From positions 575,695 through 639,694 of the forward strand of contig RDEW01000026.1 in assembly GCA_011109175.1 (NCBI GenBank): 64,000 bases of DNA, read 5' to 3'. Positions within the stretch are counted from its first letter, which is position 1. Each line of letters begins with the position of its first letter. The position numbers were made by a program, and so were the translations under genes. Origin of the DNA: Dicyema japonicum. Lineage: Eukaryota > Animalia > Dicyemida. Of this stretch, positions 36,701 through 48,869 are shown in pieces. Under the pieces are notes generated by a model. The model saw only the letters and a program-made list of their open reading frames with translations, made no database searches and was not told where the DNA came from.

Positions 36701-39301
36701 TCGGGATTGACTGAAGAGTACCAACATTATCAGACACAATTTGCGAATTAGTCTTAATTAGAGCTATTATATATCTAAGTGTAGTCCATTCGCGATTCGG
36801 GATCTACAGAAGAAATACCAACGTTATTTAATAAATGTCATAGATTAGAGTTTTTAAATATTAACTGTATACATTTGAGATTGATAATCTGCATTCGGGA
36901 TTGAGTAAAGAAGTACCAACATAGGACACAATTTGAAAAATGGTGTCAATTTGAGCAGTTAGTCAAATTTGAGATTCGGGATTGACTGAAGGAGTACCAA
37001 CATTCTCAGACACATTTTGCGAATTAGTCTTTATTAGAGCTATTATATATCTAATTGTAGTCCATTCGCGATTCGGGATCTACAGAAGTAGTACCAACGT
37101 TATTTAATAAATGTCATAGATTAGAGTTTTTAAAATATTAACTGTATACGTTTGAGATTGATTATCTGCATTCGGGATTGAGTAAAGAAGTACCAACATA
37201 ATCGGAACAATTTCCAAATTTGTCTCACTTTATGCAATTAGTCAAATTTGAGATTCGGGATTGACTGAAGAAGTACCAACATTCTTAGACACAATTTGCG
37301 AATTAGTCTTAATTAGAGCTATTATTATCTAAGTTGTAGTCCATTCGCGATTCGGGATCTATAGAAGAAGTACCAACGTTATTTAATAAATGTCAGATTA
37401 GAGTTTTTAAAATATTAACTGTATACATTTGAGATTGATTATCTGCATTCGGGATTGAGTAAAGAAGTACCAAAATAATCGGAACAATTTCCAAATTTGT
37501 CTCACTTTATGCAATTAGTCAAATTTGAGATTCGGGATTGACTGAAGAAGTACCAACATTCATGACACAATTTGCGAATTAGTCTTAATTAGAGCTATTA
37601 TATCTAATGTAGTCCATTCGCGATTCGGGATCTACAGAAGAAGTACCAACGTTATTTAATAAATGTCAGATTATAGTTTTTAAAATATTAACTGTATACA
37701 TTTGAGATTGATTATCTGCATTCGGGATTGAGTAAAGAAGTACCAACATAATCGGACACAATTTCCAAATTTGTCTCACTTTATGCAATTAGTCAAATTT
37801 GAGATTCGGGATTGACTGAAGGAGTACCAACATTATCAGACACAATTTGCGAATTAGTCTTAATTAGAGCTATTATTTATCTAAGTGTAGTCCATTCGCG
37901 ATTCGGGATCTACAGAAGAAGTACCAACGTTATTTAATAAATGTCAGATTATAGTTTTTAAAATATTAACTGTATACATTTGAGATTGATTATCTGCATT
38001 CGGGATTGAGTAAAGAAGTACCAACATAATCGAGAAACAATTTCCAAATTTGTCTCACTTTATGCAATTAGTCAAATTTGAGATTCGGGATTGACTGAAG
38101 AAGTACCAACATTATCAGACACAATTTGCGAATTAGTCTTTATTTGAGCTATTATATATCTAATGTAGTCCATTCGCGATTCGGGATCTACAGAAGAAAT
38201 ACCAACGTTATTTAATAAATGTCAGATTAGAGTTTTTAAAATATTAACTGTATACGTTTGAGATTGATTATCTGCATTCGGGATTGAGTAAAGAAGTACC
38301 AACTTAATCAGACACAATTTCCAAATTTGTCTCACTTTATGCAATTAGTCAAATTTGAGATTCGGGATTGACTGAATAAGTACCAACATTATCAGACACA
38401 ATTTGCGAATTAGTCTTTATTTGAGCTATTATATATCTAATTGTAGTCCATTCGCGATTCGGGATCTACAGAAGTAAGTACCAACGTTATTTAATAAATG
38501 TCAGATTAGAGTTTTTAAAATATTAACTGTATACATTTGAGATTGATTATCTGCATTCGGGATTGAGTAAAGAAGTACCAAAATAATCGGAACAATTTCC
38601 AAATTTGTCTCACTTTATGCAATTAGTCAAATTTGAGATTCGGGATTGACTGAAGAAGTACCAACATTATCAGACACAATTTGCGAATTAGTCTTAATTA
38701 GAGCTATTATATATCTAATTGTAGTCCATTCGCGATTCGGGATCTACAGAAGTACCAACGTTATTTAATAAATGTCAGATTAGAGTTTTTAAAATATTAA
38801 CTGTATACATTTGAGATTGATTATCTGCATTCGGGATTGAGTAAAGAAGTACCAAAATAATCGGAACAATTTCCAAATTTGTCTCACTTTATGCAATTAG
38901 TCAAATTTGAGATTCGGGATTGACTTAAGGAGTACCAACATTATCAGACACAATTTGCGAATTAGTCTTAATTAGAGCTATTATTTATCTAATTGTAGTC
39001 CATTCGCGATTCGGGATCTACAGAAGAAATACCAACGTTATTTAATAAATGTCAGATTAGAGTTTTTAAAATATTAACTGTATACATTTGAGATTGATTA
39101 TCTGCATTCGGGATTGAGTAAAGAAGTACCAAAATAATCGGAAACAATTTCCAAATTTGTCTCACTTTATGCAATTAGTCAAATTTGAGATTCGGGATTG
39201 ACTGAAGAAGTACCAACATTATCAGACACAATTTGCGAATTAGTCTTAATTAGAGCTATTATTTATCTAATTGTAGTCCATTCGCGATTCGGGATCTACA
39301 G
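21794..39301. repeat. 17.5-kb higher-order tandem satellite
   Basis: Core ATTCGGGAT..AGAAGTACCAAC recurs throughout. Measured spacings A-B 97, B-C 99, C-A 82 (278-bp trimer, 27282-27560) and B-B 100. Roughly 180-190 monomers estimated from length. Confidence 0.97.
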
Positions 39302-40590
39302 ATCATTACACTATCTAAGAAAGGTATTCTTATCTATTTGCGATTTGGCATAGATAATGTATTCTATCCAATTTTTTGATGCCATTTGAGTATTTGAACA
39401 TTTCATGGAAGTACAGCATCATTCTACATTCTAAAAAATTGGTTTTAGTTAATCCAGTTTCTCCAAATATAACTGGATGCCATTTGAGATTCTTGATCAC
39501 TTCATTAATTAATTAGTTATTCAAAAAAACTTGTGAATGCAATATATGTTCTTTCCATATAAATCTAGTTAATTTTAGATTCAATATAAATACACTATGA
39601 AAGTTATTTAAAACTTCTTGGGAATTGTTATGTAATCTAAGTTTAATCCATAAAAATGTAGTCGATTAGAGAATCAAGATCATTACATGATCTATAAAGT
39701 TATTCTACAGTACATGATATGCACTATATTGTATCCATATTATTGTAATGAATTAGATAATCATGATCATTACACTATCTACGAAAGGTATTTTATCCTA
39801 TTTGCCATTGGCATAGATAATGTATTCTATCCAATTTTTTTATTTCATTTGAGTATTTGAACATTTCATGGTGTACAGACATTCTACATTCTAGAAAATT
39901 GGTTTTGGTTTTACATATATTACTGGGATGCGATTTGAGATTCGTGATCACTTTATTAAGTAATAAGTTATTCAAAAAAACTCGTGAAATGTTATGCACT
40001 ATATGTTCTTTCAATACAAATAAGTCAATTAGAGATTCAAGATAATTACACTCTCTAAGAAAGATATTTAAAACTTCTTGTTAATTGTAATGCAATCTAG
40101 GTTCTGTCCATATAAATGTACTCGATTAGAGATTCATTCAAACTTTTGTGAATTGTTATGCAATCTAAGTTTAATCCATAAAAATGTAGTCGATTAGAGA
40201 ATCAAGAACATTACATGATCAATAAAGTTATTCTACAGTACTTGATATGCACTATAGTGTATCCATATTATTGTAATGAATTAGATAATCATGATCATTA
40301 TACTATCCACGAAAGGTATTCTAAACTATTTGCGATTTGGCATAGATAATGTATTCTATCCAATTTTTTGATGCCATTTGAGTATTTGAACATTTCATGG
40401 TGTACAGACATTCTACATTCTAGAAAATGGGTTTTGGTTTTACATATATTACTGGATGCCATTTGAGATTCTTGATCATTTCATTAAGTAATAAGTTATT
40501 CAAAAATACTCGTGAAATGCACTATATGTTCTTTCAATACAAATGAAGTCAATTAGAGATTCAAGATAATTACACAATCTAAGAAACATT
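39301..40590. repeat. Second, diverged repeat family (about 90-95 bp subunits in a roughly 5-subunit higher-order unit), segment 1
   Basis: Recurrent gatcattacactatctacgaaagg, ttgagtatttgaacatttcatgg and aagttattc motifs; continues at 42469-42634, 42961-43830 and 56803-56940. Confidence 0.85.
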
Positions 40591-42468
40591 TTACTAAAGT
40601 CCGAAGTCCTCCAAACCCTCATGATTTTAAGATACTAATTGACTTCGGAATAAAAATTATTTTTATTAAAACTAAATTTAATATGTTATTGTCTCTTTTA
40701 ATTTCTTTTATTATAATAAAACTTTTGAATAATTTAATTAATTAATTGATTCACTATTGCATGCCGTTTCTCGTTAATTAAATGTGAAATAGAAGTTTAG
40801 AACATGATGGAAATCTGTATCATTTAATATACAGGAAGGGACATAACACATATTCGAGGTGCTCAGGTCGTAATTGTCCTGGATCTGTAAAAACCATTTA
40901 ATCCTGTGATGAAGTTTGAAGTCTGAAGCAACATAATCATCTTCCAAGGAGTGAATTTGTCAAGAGAGCCTTAATACGGGAGGACATAAAGCAGAAATCA
41001 CTCTTATGTGATATGAGTCATAGACAGATAATTAATAATTCTCTGCTTGGACAAAATTTGACTACTATTGCTTTTACAGGGACTCATTCTTTTCTGGAAC
41101 AACTGATTAATAGAACAAGAAAAAGTATCCCACACGAAAGTGATGATTCAGTTCTTAATATTGAGGAGAATTTAATGTATACCTTACGAGGGCATAGATT
41201 CTATCAGTTTGGACACAGTTTTCGCCAAAATATTGGTATATTAATGATTAACTTTTCAGATGTTGAGACAAATATGGTTATTTTTTTTAATTCTGAAATG
41301 ACGACACCATTAAAAAATCATAAAATATGGTCTATTGATGGGACTTTTTCTGTCTGCCCTCTTCCTTGGAAGCAATTATTCACAATATCGGTAATAATTA
41401 ATCACCATGTAATTCCAATAATATTCTGTCTTTTAACATCAAAAACTGAAAATGAATATGACACAATGCTTCAAATAATTAAACGTCTTATTCCGGATTT
41501 AGAACCAAGAGTTATTGTCTCAGATTTTGAAAAAGGAGCAATAAACTCTTTTCAAAAATCATTTCCAAACGCACGGATAAATTGCTGCATGTTCCATCTA
41601 GGACAAAATATTAATAAAAAATATTGGAATTAGGAATTTTCAACGACATAAATAATGAAGATATAAATAGGTTAAATGTGATTTATAATTAACGATAGAT
41701 TTGTAAAACTGTTGAAACGGCTCTCCTTTATTCCTACACATACTGTAAAGAACACTTTTGATTGGATAGTGTCGAGATCAGATTTTCCTGAGATTCTAAA
41801 TCCATTATATCAATATTTTTCGATCAATTATATCGGAAATCAAGAAAATGCATTAATTCCAAGATTTCCAATTAATTATTGGAATAATCTGGATAATTAT
41901 ATGAGGACTTACCTCGGACAAATAACTAAATTGAAGGCTGGCACAACGTTTTTAGAAGTACATTTGGGACACTAAACAAGACGCCAAGAAATTTTGTAAA
42001 GAAATTGATAAAAGAAGAAGGCATAATGATTAAATTCTTAAGATTACAAAATGAAGAAAAAATTCTTAGAAAAACAAAATATATCGCTTTATCTGAGAAT
42101 ACATTGAGATTTGTTGATGAACAAATATTATTTAATATGGATCCGACAGAATATATATTCAATTTAGTAGAATTTTTGTTCTAGTAACATTTATAATCAT
42201 TTTCCTTTTTTTCTATTGAAAATAAATATTTCATTTTAAACTTTTATAAAAATATTAAAAAAGATGATTTTTTTAGCTAAAGATGTCGAGGACCTTAGTA
42301 AATGTTCCACTTAGCCATAGGACCTTAAAATCAATTTTTATAAGATTTAAAAAAGATGACTTTTTTACCTAAAGATGTCGAGGACCTTGGTAAAATATCT
42401 CGTGATGTCTATTGTTGAACTTATCCAAAACCTGAAAAAATTTATCGGAGGCCATTTTGAATGGGAAC
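40590..42468 (+). mobile_element. Mutator (MULE) DNA transposon, decayed, interrupting repeat family 2
   Basis: FLYWCH-like start; WSIDGTFSVCP..QLFTI, PRVIVSDFEKGAINSF..FPNARINCCMFHLGQ; RTNN.IEGWHN. Partial inverted subterminal motif tttactaaagtcc / gaggaccttagtaaa. Confidence 0.85.
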
Positions 42469-43830
42469 CGTATTCTATTCATTTTTTTTAAGCTATTTGA
42501 TTATTTGAACATTTCATGGTATAACATCATTCTACATTCTAGAGAATTGGTTTTGGTATGTATTACAGATTCTACATATATTACTGAATGCCACTTGAGA
42601 TTCTTGATCATTTCATTAAATAATAAGTTATTCTGGTGGCTTAGTGGTTAGGTGTCGGGCTTAAGTGGCTTAGGCTGCGGGTTCGAATCTCGCTGCTGTT
42701 CACCTGGTGGAAGGTTCCACGCATCTACGATGTAGAAATGGTTTGACGAGTGACGCCGTCATCAGTGAATACTCACTGCGGAACTGGATTTGTCTAGAAA
42801 GGACACTCACACAAGAAAAAGAAAAAAAAGAAGTGAAGATTATTCCTTGGTTCTACGATTAGTTAAAATTAACTGTTTTTTACTTAAATAAAGTGTGTGT
42901 CCTGCCTATGCGGAGCTATAAAATACTATGGCTCTCGTGAAAAGGCTTTATTATTATATTAAACAACTTGTGAATGCAATATATGTTCTTTCCATATAAA
43001 TGTAGTTAATTATAGATTCAAGAGAATTACACTATCTAAGAAAGTTATTCAAAAGTTCTTGTGAATTGTTATGCAATCTAAGTTCATTCCATAAAAATGT
43101 ATTCGATTAGAGAATCAAGATCATTACATGATCAATAAAGTTATTCTACAGTTCTTGATATGGACTATAGTTTTATCCATATTATTGTAATGAATTAGAT
43201 GATCATGATCATTACACTATCTACGAAAGGTATTTAAACTATTTGCGATTTGGCATAGATAATGTATTCTATCCATTTTTTAAGCTATGTGATTATTTGA
43301 ACATTTCATGGTGTTCAACTAAAGGTATTCTAAACTATTTGCGATTTGGCATAAATAATGTATTCTATCCAATTTTTTGATGCCATTTGAGTATTTGAAC
43401 ATTTCATGGTATAGCATCATTCTACATTATAGAGAATTGGTTTTGGTATGTATTATAGATTCTACATATATTACTGGATGCCATTTGAGATTCTTGATTA
43501 TTTCATTAAGTAAGTTATTCTAAACAACATGTGAATGCAATATATGTTCTTTCCGTATAAATGTAGTTAATTAGAGATTCAAGATAATTACACAATTTAA
43601 AAAAGTTATTCAAAACTACTTGTGAATTGTTATGCAATTTAGGTTCTTTCCATAAAAATTTAGTCCATTGAGATTCAAAATCATTATATGATCAATAAAG
43701 TTATTCTACAGTAATTGATATGCACTATAGTTTTATCCAAATTATTATAATGAATTAATCATGATTATTACACTATCTACGAAAGGTTTTCTATACTATT
43801 TGTGATTTGGGATATATTATGTATTCTATT
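42469..43830. repeat. Repeat family 2, segment 2 (interrupted by SINE copy 3)
   Basis: Same motifs as 39301-40590. The SINE sits between ttattct and aaacaac of an otherwise contiguous unit (compare 43515-43530). Confidence 0.8.
42635..42960 (+). mobile_element. tRNA-derived SINE, copy 3
   Basis: A box TGGCTTAGTGG, B box GGTTCGAATCT, shared body, (TAT)n tail. Confidence 0.85.
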
Positions 43831-43849
43831 TAATTTTTTAAGCTATTTT

Positions 43850-44980
43850 TATCGTTTATCCAACAATTAACAATAGTTGATGTTGTTACTCAATTCTCCT
43901 ACAAATGCAATTATTTGCCACATATTAATAGTCAATAGGGTCGAATAGTATTCTTTAACATCTTCAAGAAATCATTTCATAAAGAACGTTGTAATAATAA
44001 TTTCACAGTCTGATAAATCGTGACTGTTCACAGATTGGATTAAAAAATATTTAGAATATTTAAAAACCATTGCAATTTAGAAATTTTTAAGCTTTTTGGA
44101 GATATAAATTTCCGATAACAAAAGGGTTAATTTCTCACCTTAAAGACTGCAGTATAAAAGAATTGAAACTCGTTCTTTGATTTCGTTTTACTTAAACAAT
44201 CATTATTCAAAGAGACACATGATTTTCATGAATTTTTTTAACAAAATGAGAAGTTTCGTCGAAGTTAAAAATATTTTTTTTGTATTTATCAAATAAATTG
44301 TTGTAATCGTTAAAAAATTTTTGGATTTTATTTCTGTCACATAAGTTCTTTTCACCCAAAATTACTTTAAACAATAATTCATAGCGCATTTTACATCTAT
44401 CCAACCATCCATTTGATCCTTTGAAATCATTAAAGTTAAGATTAGCTGCTATTTTTTTGCAATAGTTTTGAGGAGATATCCTGATACTGAAATACCATCC
44501 TCTCTCAACTTTTGAAAGACTTCGAATACTTATCGATCAATTCGAATAGAATGATCTGATTTGAATTTCTTAGATGAGAGTTCATCAGTGCAAATTTGTT
44601 CTTTTCGATACCACATTTCCGATTTCTTTTATAATTCTTGAGACAGTTCTTTTTCCAATATTGTATAATTGATAAAAATATTTTTTACTTTCATTAAAGA
44701 ATTGGAAATCTTCTGTTTCAGGTGGCGACTAAGCTTCGTAGCCATGCCTAACAATATTTTAAAATTAATTAAATAAATATAAAAATGAAATAATAAATTT
44801 AATATTATCGATTGAAAAAGTGCCCAGATGAGCGTGGTTTTCTATTTTAAATTTAAGGTTCCTATTGGTCAAAAAATGTAAAAAAAGTAAAAATCAATGA
44901 AAATAATATTTATTAAAAAAATCGCATCCAAAACAGAGGATGCCCCAAGGCCGGGGATTTATTGGGGCGGGGTCGTACTG
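43850..44980 (-). mobile_element. Tigger/pogo transposon remnant with one terminus
   Basis: CENP-B-type HTH (GISVSGYLLK..FKGSNGWLDRCKMR) and NIFNFDET. Right end gtcgtactg|ta = TA|CAGTACGAC on the minus strand (pogo-type end and TA target). Confidence 0.75.
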
Positions 44981-45469
44981 TATTTGAAAAGTGGTAGGAA
45001 TAAATCTAATTTTATCTGAAACATCAATGAAAATTTTTTATATTTAAATCTTTTCCACGTCACTTTTGTTTCACATTTATTACACTAAGAATATAATCCT
45101 ACTTCACAGATGTTGATAACCTGATTTCTTCTTTAACTCCTGCCACGGTGAATAACAATAGACACTGGAAAATGTTCTCACAAATAGGAAATGCATCTTA
45201 AGAAGTTTTCACAAAATGCGGAAGCTGGTTAATAGCCGCAAAATATTACTCCCAGAATCTTCCAGAAATTATTACATTGTCTATGAATTTGCGAAAGATG
45301 GAGTTTTAATCAAAAATGTTGTTATTTTTAAATATTTTAGTTCAAAGAATCAGTTAAAATTCCCACTTTGTTTTCAAGTTTAACTGAAATCAGGTCAAAC
45401 TATTTGGTTTTAATTGAAATGATTTCAAATACCTAAAGCATTTCAACTGCTGTTGACTCACCCTCTTTA

Positions 45470-45690
45470 TCCAGAACCAAGAAAAGGGATCTTCGCAGAG
45501 AAATAATCAAGAAGATCATGGTCGGGGACATTCGGGGAGCCCTACGTACACTCTCCAGCAGCGACAAGGTTAGCACCAGCTGATCTACGTGACACGAAAA
45601 TTCAAAAAGATGTCCACAACTATTGACACTCCTGATGATATTAAATGTGCTATTCGTGCATTCCCTGGAAGCAGCGGCGACGGGCTGGAT
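45470..45690 (+). mobile_element. CRE-clade fragment (pre-RT region)
   Basis: KIMVGDIRGALRTLSSSD matches the CRE pattern (EGDIRGAVR.LSS.D). Confidence 0.55.
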
Positions 45691-45727
45691 AGTTCTAGGT
45701 AAATTCATCGCCGGAAATTTTTTCGCT

Positions 45728-46300
45728 GGTAAATTCATCGCCGCTTAATTCAAGCGACCACGTGGGTTCTTGAAAGAAGAGGTCGAAATTTTGATTTTTT
45801 ATATTATCATTAAAATGTAATTTTGTAGATTAATTTGACGGTATGTACTCTCGCTTTACATTAAATTTTATAGTAGGATTCATATTTCCAAAATGTGACT
45901 TCGCCATTAAATTTTTAAAAACAGTAAATGTATACATTTTCTGAAATTTTTCTCTTATTTCTATCACTTATTACAAATTGCAAAGCCATGCTGTCAAGAT
46001 ATAAGAAATTAGCGAAAAATATCACTTTATAGTAATCAATTATGATAATGACTATAAAGTACAAAAGAATTCAAAGACATTATCACCAGATTATAAGCTA
46101 CTTTATCAGTTAAAAGAAACACAATTACATGCAACCATTACTCTTGTGTTTAAGATAGAGATGAATACTGTCCTCAGCACTAAAGAAAACTGGCTATTTA
46201 TGTTTAATCGTCGTATATAGATGAATACTGACAGAGTTATTTATTTTATTATTTGTTAGTCACAGGCGTACAATCTTTGGTAAGCCTAGCAAAAACAGTC
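45728..46300. mobile_element. Non-autonomous TIR element, left half
   Basis: 45728-45830 is an inverted match to 59445-59548; 45848-46300 is a direct match to 58817-59270. Confidence 0.6.
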
Positions 46301-46302
46301 AT

Positions 46303-46538
46303 ATATTGCAGAATTTAGTCCCGTCAAAACATTAACTCTGACATACTTTCTCTGAATTTTGGGTGTTGGTTTTTGAGTATCCCTCGGAATTGACTAAATT
46401 TCTCAATTTGTACTTTTAGTTCCTCAAGGCAATTTCTGAAGGTGGAAATTTCCACATTAGTATCCTTTTGCACTTTGAAACATTCGCCTCCTTTTACATT
46501 GTTATTCCGATTTTCAGGTTTCAGCATCTTTTTTAGCT
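46303..46538 (-). mobile_element. Duplicate fragment of the NeSL-like element N-terminal region
   Basis: Near-identical to 51525-51757 (MLKPENRNNNVKGGECFKV). Confidence 0.85.
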
Positions 46539-46561
46539 AACATAGCTAACATAATTTAAGA

Positions 46562-46835
46562 GTGGCATATTTGAGAGAGTTTACTGTATATATCGCAATA
46601 ACACCTAAAGGAGATTTATTTTGCCAAAAATGCTCTAAGATAGTAAAATCATCTAAACAATACTACATCGATCAACATCTTAATGGACAAAGACATCAAA
46701 CAGAACTAGACAAAGACATCAAACCACTTAAGTTTTTCTTTCTGATGAAAAAGAAGAAAACTGGATATCTTTTTGGTTAAAGCATTTTTAAATGATGATA
46801 TTCCACTTCAAAAAATAAGGAATAGTTATATAAAA
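46562..46835 (+). mobile_element. CGGBP-like BED zinc finger / hAT N-terminal fragment
   Basis: YLREF..GDLFCQKCSKIVKSSKQYYIDQHLNGQRH (C2H2 BED-like), followed by KAFLNDDIPLQK. Confidence 0.6.
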
Positions 46836-46847
46836 ACCGAATCATCG

Positions 46848-47011
46848 GAGCCGTTGGTCCAATGACGGCTGAGTTCTTGCGAGAACTTGGAGGATTGCTT
46901 GCCAGAAAGAAAAGGGATTAACGAGAAGGGTTATGGCTAAGACAAAAAATTGAAATAGCCATACTCCGAGGGAACTCGTTCTCTATCCACGCAACAGGCT
47001 TCCTCAACTGA
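46848..47011 (+). mobile_element. CRE-clade 3' end (inverted copy at 48480-48643)
   Basis: GAVGPMTAEFLRELG..REGLWLRQKIEIAILRGNSFSIHATGF*. Confidence 0.7.
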
Positions 47012-47400
47012 CATTTGTTAAAAAAATTATTTTGTAAAAAAAATATATAAAAAAACTATTCCTTAAATTAAATTATCATGTACCGTCTATTACAGCACTA
47101 CAAAAAAATATTCATAAACTTAATGATCTTCATATAATAGTTCACAAAGATTTTCTTCATTGATCGTGGGTAGTCTTGTATTTAAAGAAATTTTGTAGTA
47201 AATTCAAGTTCATTTTCCAGCACAAGAACCAGTCTTCCAAAAAAAGTATCTAATGAGTCGTATCCATCAATTTTAAATGGTCTTCTCTTTAATTTAGTTT
47301 CGTTTATAATTAGAACATCCATCTGGATCGTGCTGGCTAGAGCAACCAGCACTGAGGCCCGTTTTAATCAGGGTTATCCTGACTACTTCTGGTTTTTTTN

Positions 47401-48330
47401 CAATTATTTGGAAGAATACCTTGGAACGATATTGGGGAAAAATTTACGGTTGAAAGATTTGAAAAACAGGGCATCAGACTATCGTTTTTGCAAAAATGTT
47501 GAACGATGCCTTGTTTGTTCTGGGACACATAGAAGATTGCAGTGTCCGGTTGCAAACAATAATAAGTCGTGTGTGAATTGTGGTTTCATCCTGCCACTTT
47601 GCAAATTATGGAGGATGCCCCAAGGCTGTTGAAGCTAACATAGCGAAGAAAAACAAAATTGACCAAAAAAGAAAGAATCGAATGGAAAATTTTCTCTAAA
47701 ACAAGAAAATACCCATAATGGAGAAAGTGAAGTTTTTCCAAAATTGGAACGAATAAGAAATTAAAGTCAGAGTTTAGAATGTATGGGCAGACTGGCTGGA
47801 ATACGACATATAATAAGAAACCTTTTAAAAAAGAAACAGTAGAAGCTTCAACATAGACAAGCATTCTTGATGAGAGTGACCAGGTGGAAGCACGTGTTAG
47901 AAAAGTGACTTTTGGAGTTGCTACACAGACTATCGAGACTCACTCAGACATCTTGTCTGAAAATGAAGAAGTAGTAGCTTCCAACTAGATTCTTGACAAG
48001 TTGGAGAGAAGCATTAAAGATATGACTAGAAAAAAAAGGATTCTAAATTTTTACTAGATTTGGTGGCGCTCTTAAAAAGAGAGGGCAGCCAACAAAAAAA
48101 CAGAAGTAGTCAGGATAACCCTGATTAAAACGGGCCTCAGTTGCTGGTTGCTCTAGCCAGCACGATCCAGATGCGATGTTCTAATTATAAACGAAACTAA
48201 ATTAAAGAGAAACCATTTAAAATTGATGGATACGACTCATTAGATACTTTTTTTGGAAGACTGGTTCTTGTGCTGGAAAATGAACTTGAATTTACTACAA
48301 AATTTCTTTAAATACAAGACTACCCACGAT
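47401..48330 (+). mobile_element. Jockey/I-group LINE: ORF1 zinc-knuckle end and ORF2 APE start
   Basis: RCLVCSGTHRRLQCP..SCVNCG..ANYGGCP (ORF1 knuckles), then DVLIINETKLK..KIDGY. Confidence 0.65.
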
Positions 48331-48869
48331 CAATGAAGAAAATCTTTCGTTGAACTATTATATGAAGATCATTAAGTTTATGAATATTTTTGTAGTGCTG
48401 TAATAGACGGTACATGATAATTTAATTTAAGGAATAGTTTTTTTATATATTTTTCTACAAAATAATTTTTTAACAAATGTCAGTTGAGGAAGCCTGTTGC
48501 GTGGATAGAGAACGAGTTCCCTCGGAGTATGGCTATTTCAATTTTTTGTCTTAGCCATAACCCTTCTCGTTAATCCCTTCTTTCTGGCCAAGCAATCCTC
48601 CAAGTTCTCGCAAGAACTCAGCCGTCATTGGACCAACGGCTCCGATGATTCGGTTTTTATATAACTATTCCTTATTTTTTTGAAGTGGAATATCATCATT
48701 TAAAAATGCTTTTAACCAAAAAGATATCCAGTTTTCTTCTCTTTCATCAGAAAGAAAAACTTAAGTGGTTGATGTCTTTGTCTAGTTCTGTTTGATGTCT
48801 TTGTCCATTAAGATGTTGATCGATGTAGTATTGTTTAGATGATTTTACCTATCTTAGAGCATTTTTGGC

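Larger units (their letters stand above)
46623..48869. repeat. Long inverted repeat: arms about 46623-47398 and 48094-48869, spacer about 0.7 kb
   Basis: Arms are reverse complements apart from small indels; a single N at 47400 sits at the end of the left arm. Confidence 0.9.

Noticed and set aside
21794-39301. CRISPR-like array (constant core plus variable spacers)
   Set aside because: The apparent spacers are only four or five recurring types, not unique sequences; the context is eukaryotic with no cas genes.
21794-39301. Active repeat gene with one micro-intron per monomer, or a VLR-like LRR cassette bank
   Set aside because: No GT-AG segment matching the 22-nt T(-9)/A(-7) pattern restores a frame on either strand, and the monomers are homogenised rather than diverse. 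The 73-74 aa ORFs at 28020 and 34718 are chance frames.
45170-45420. Kinase-like string RNYYIVYEFAKDGVL
   Set aside because: No other kinase subdomains in any frame, with or without short introns.
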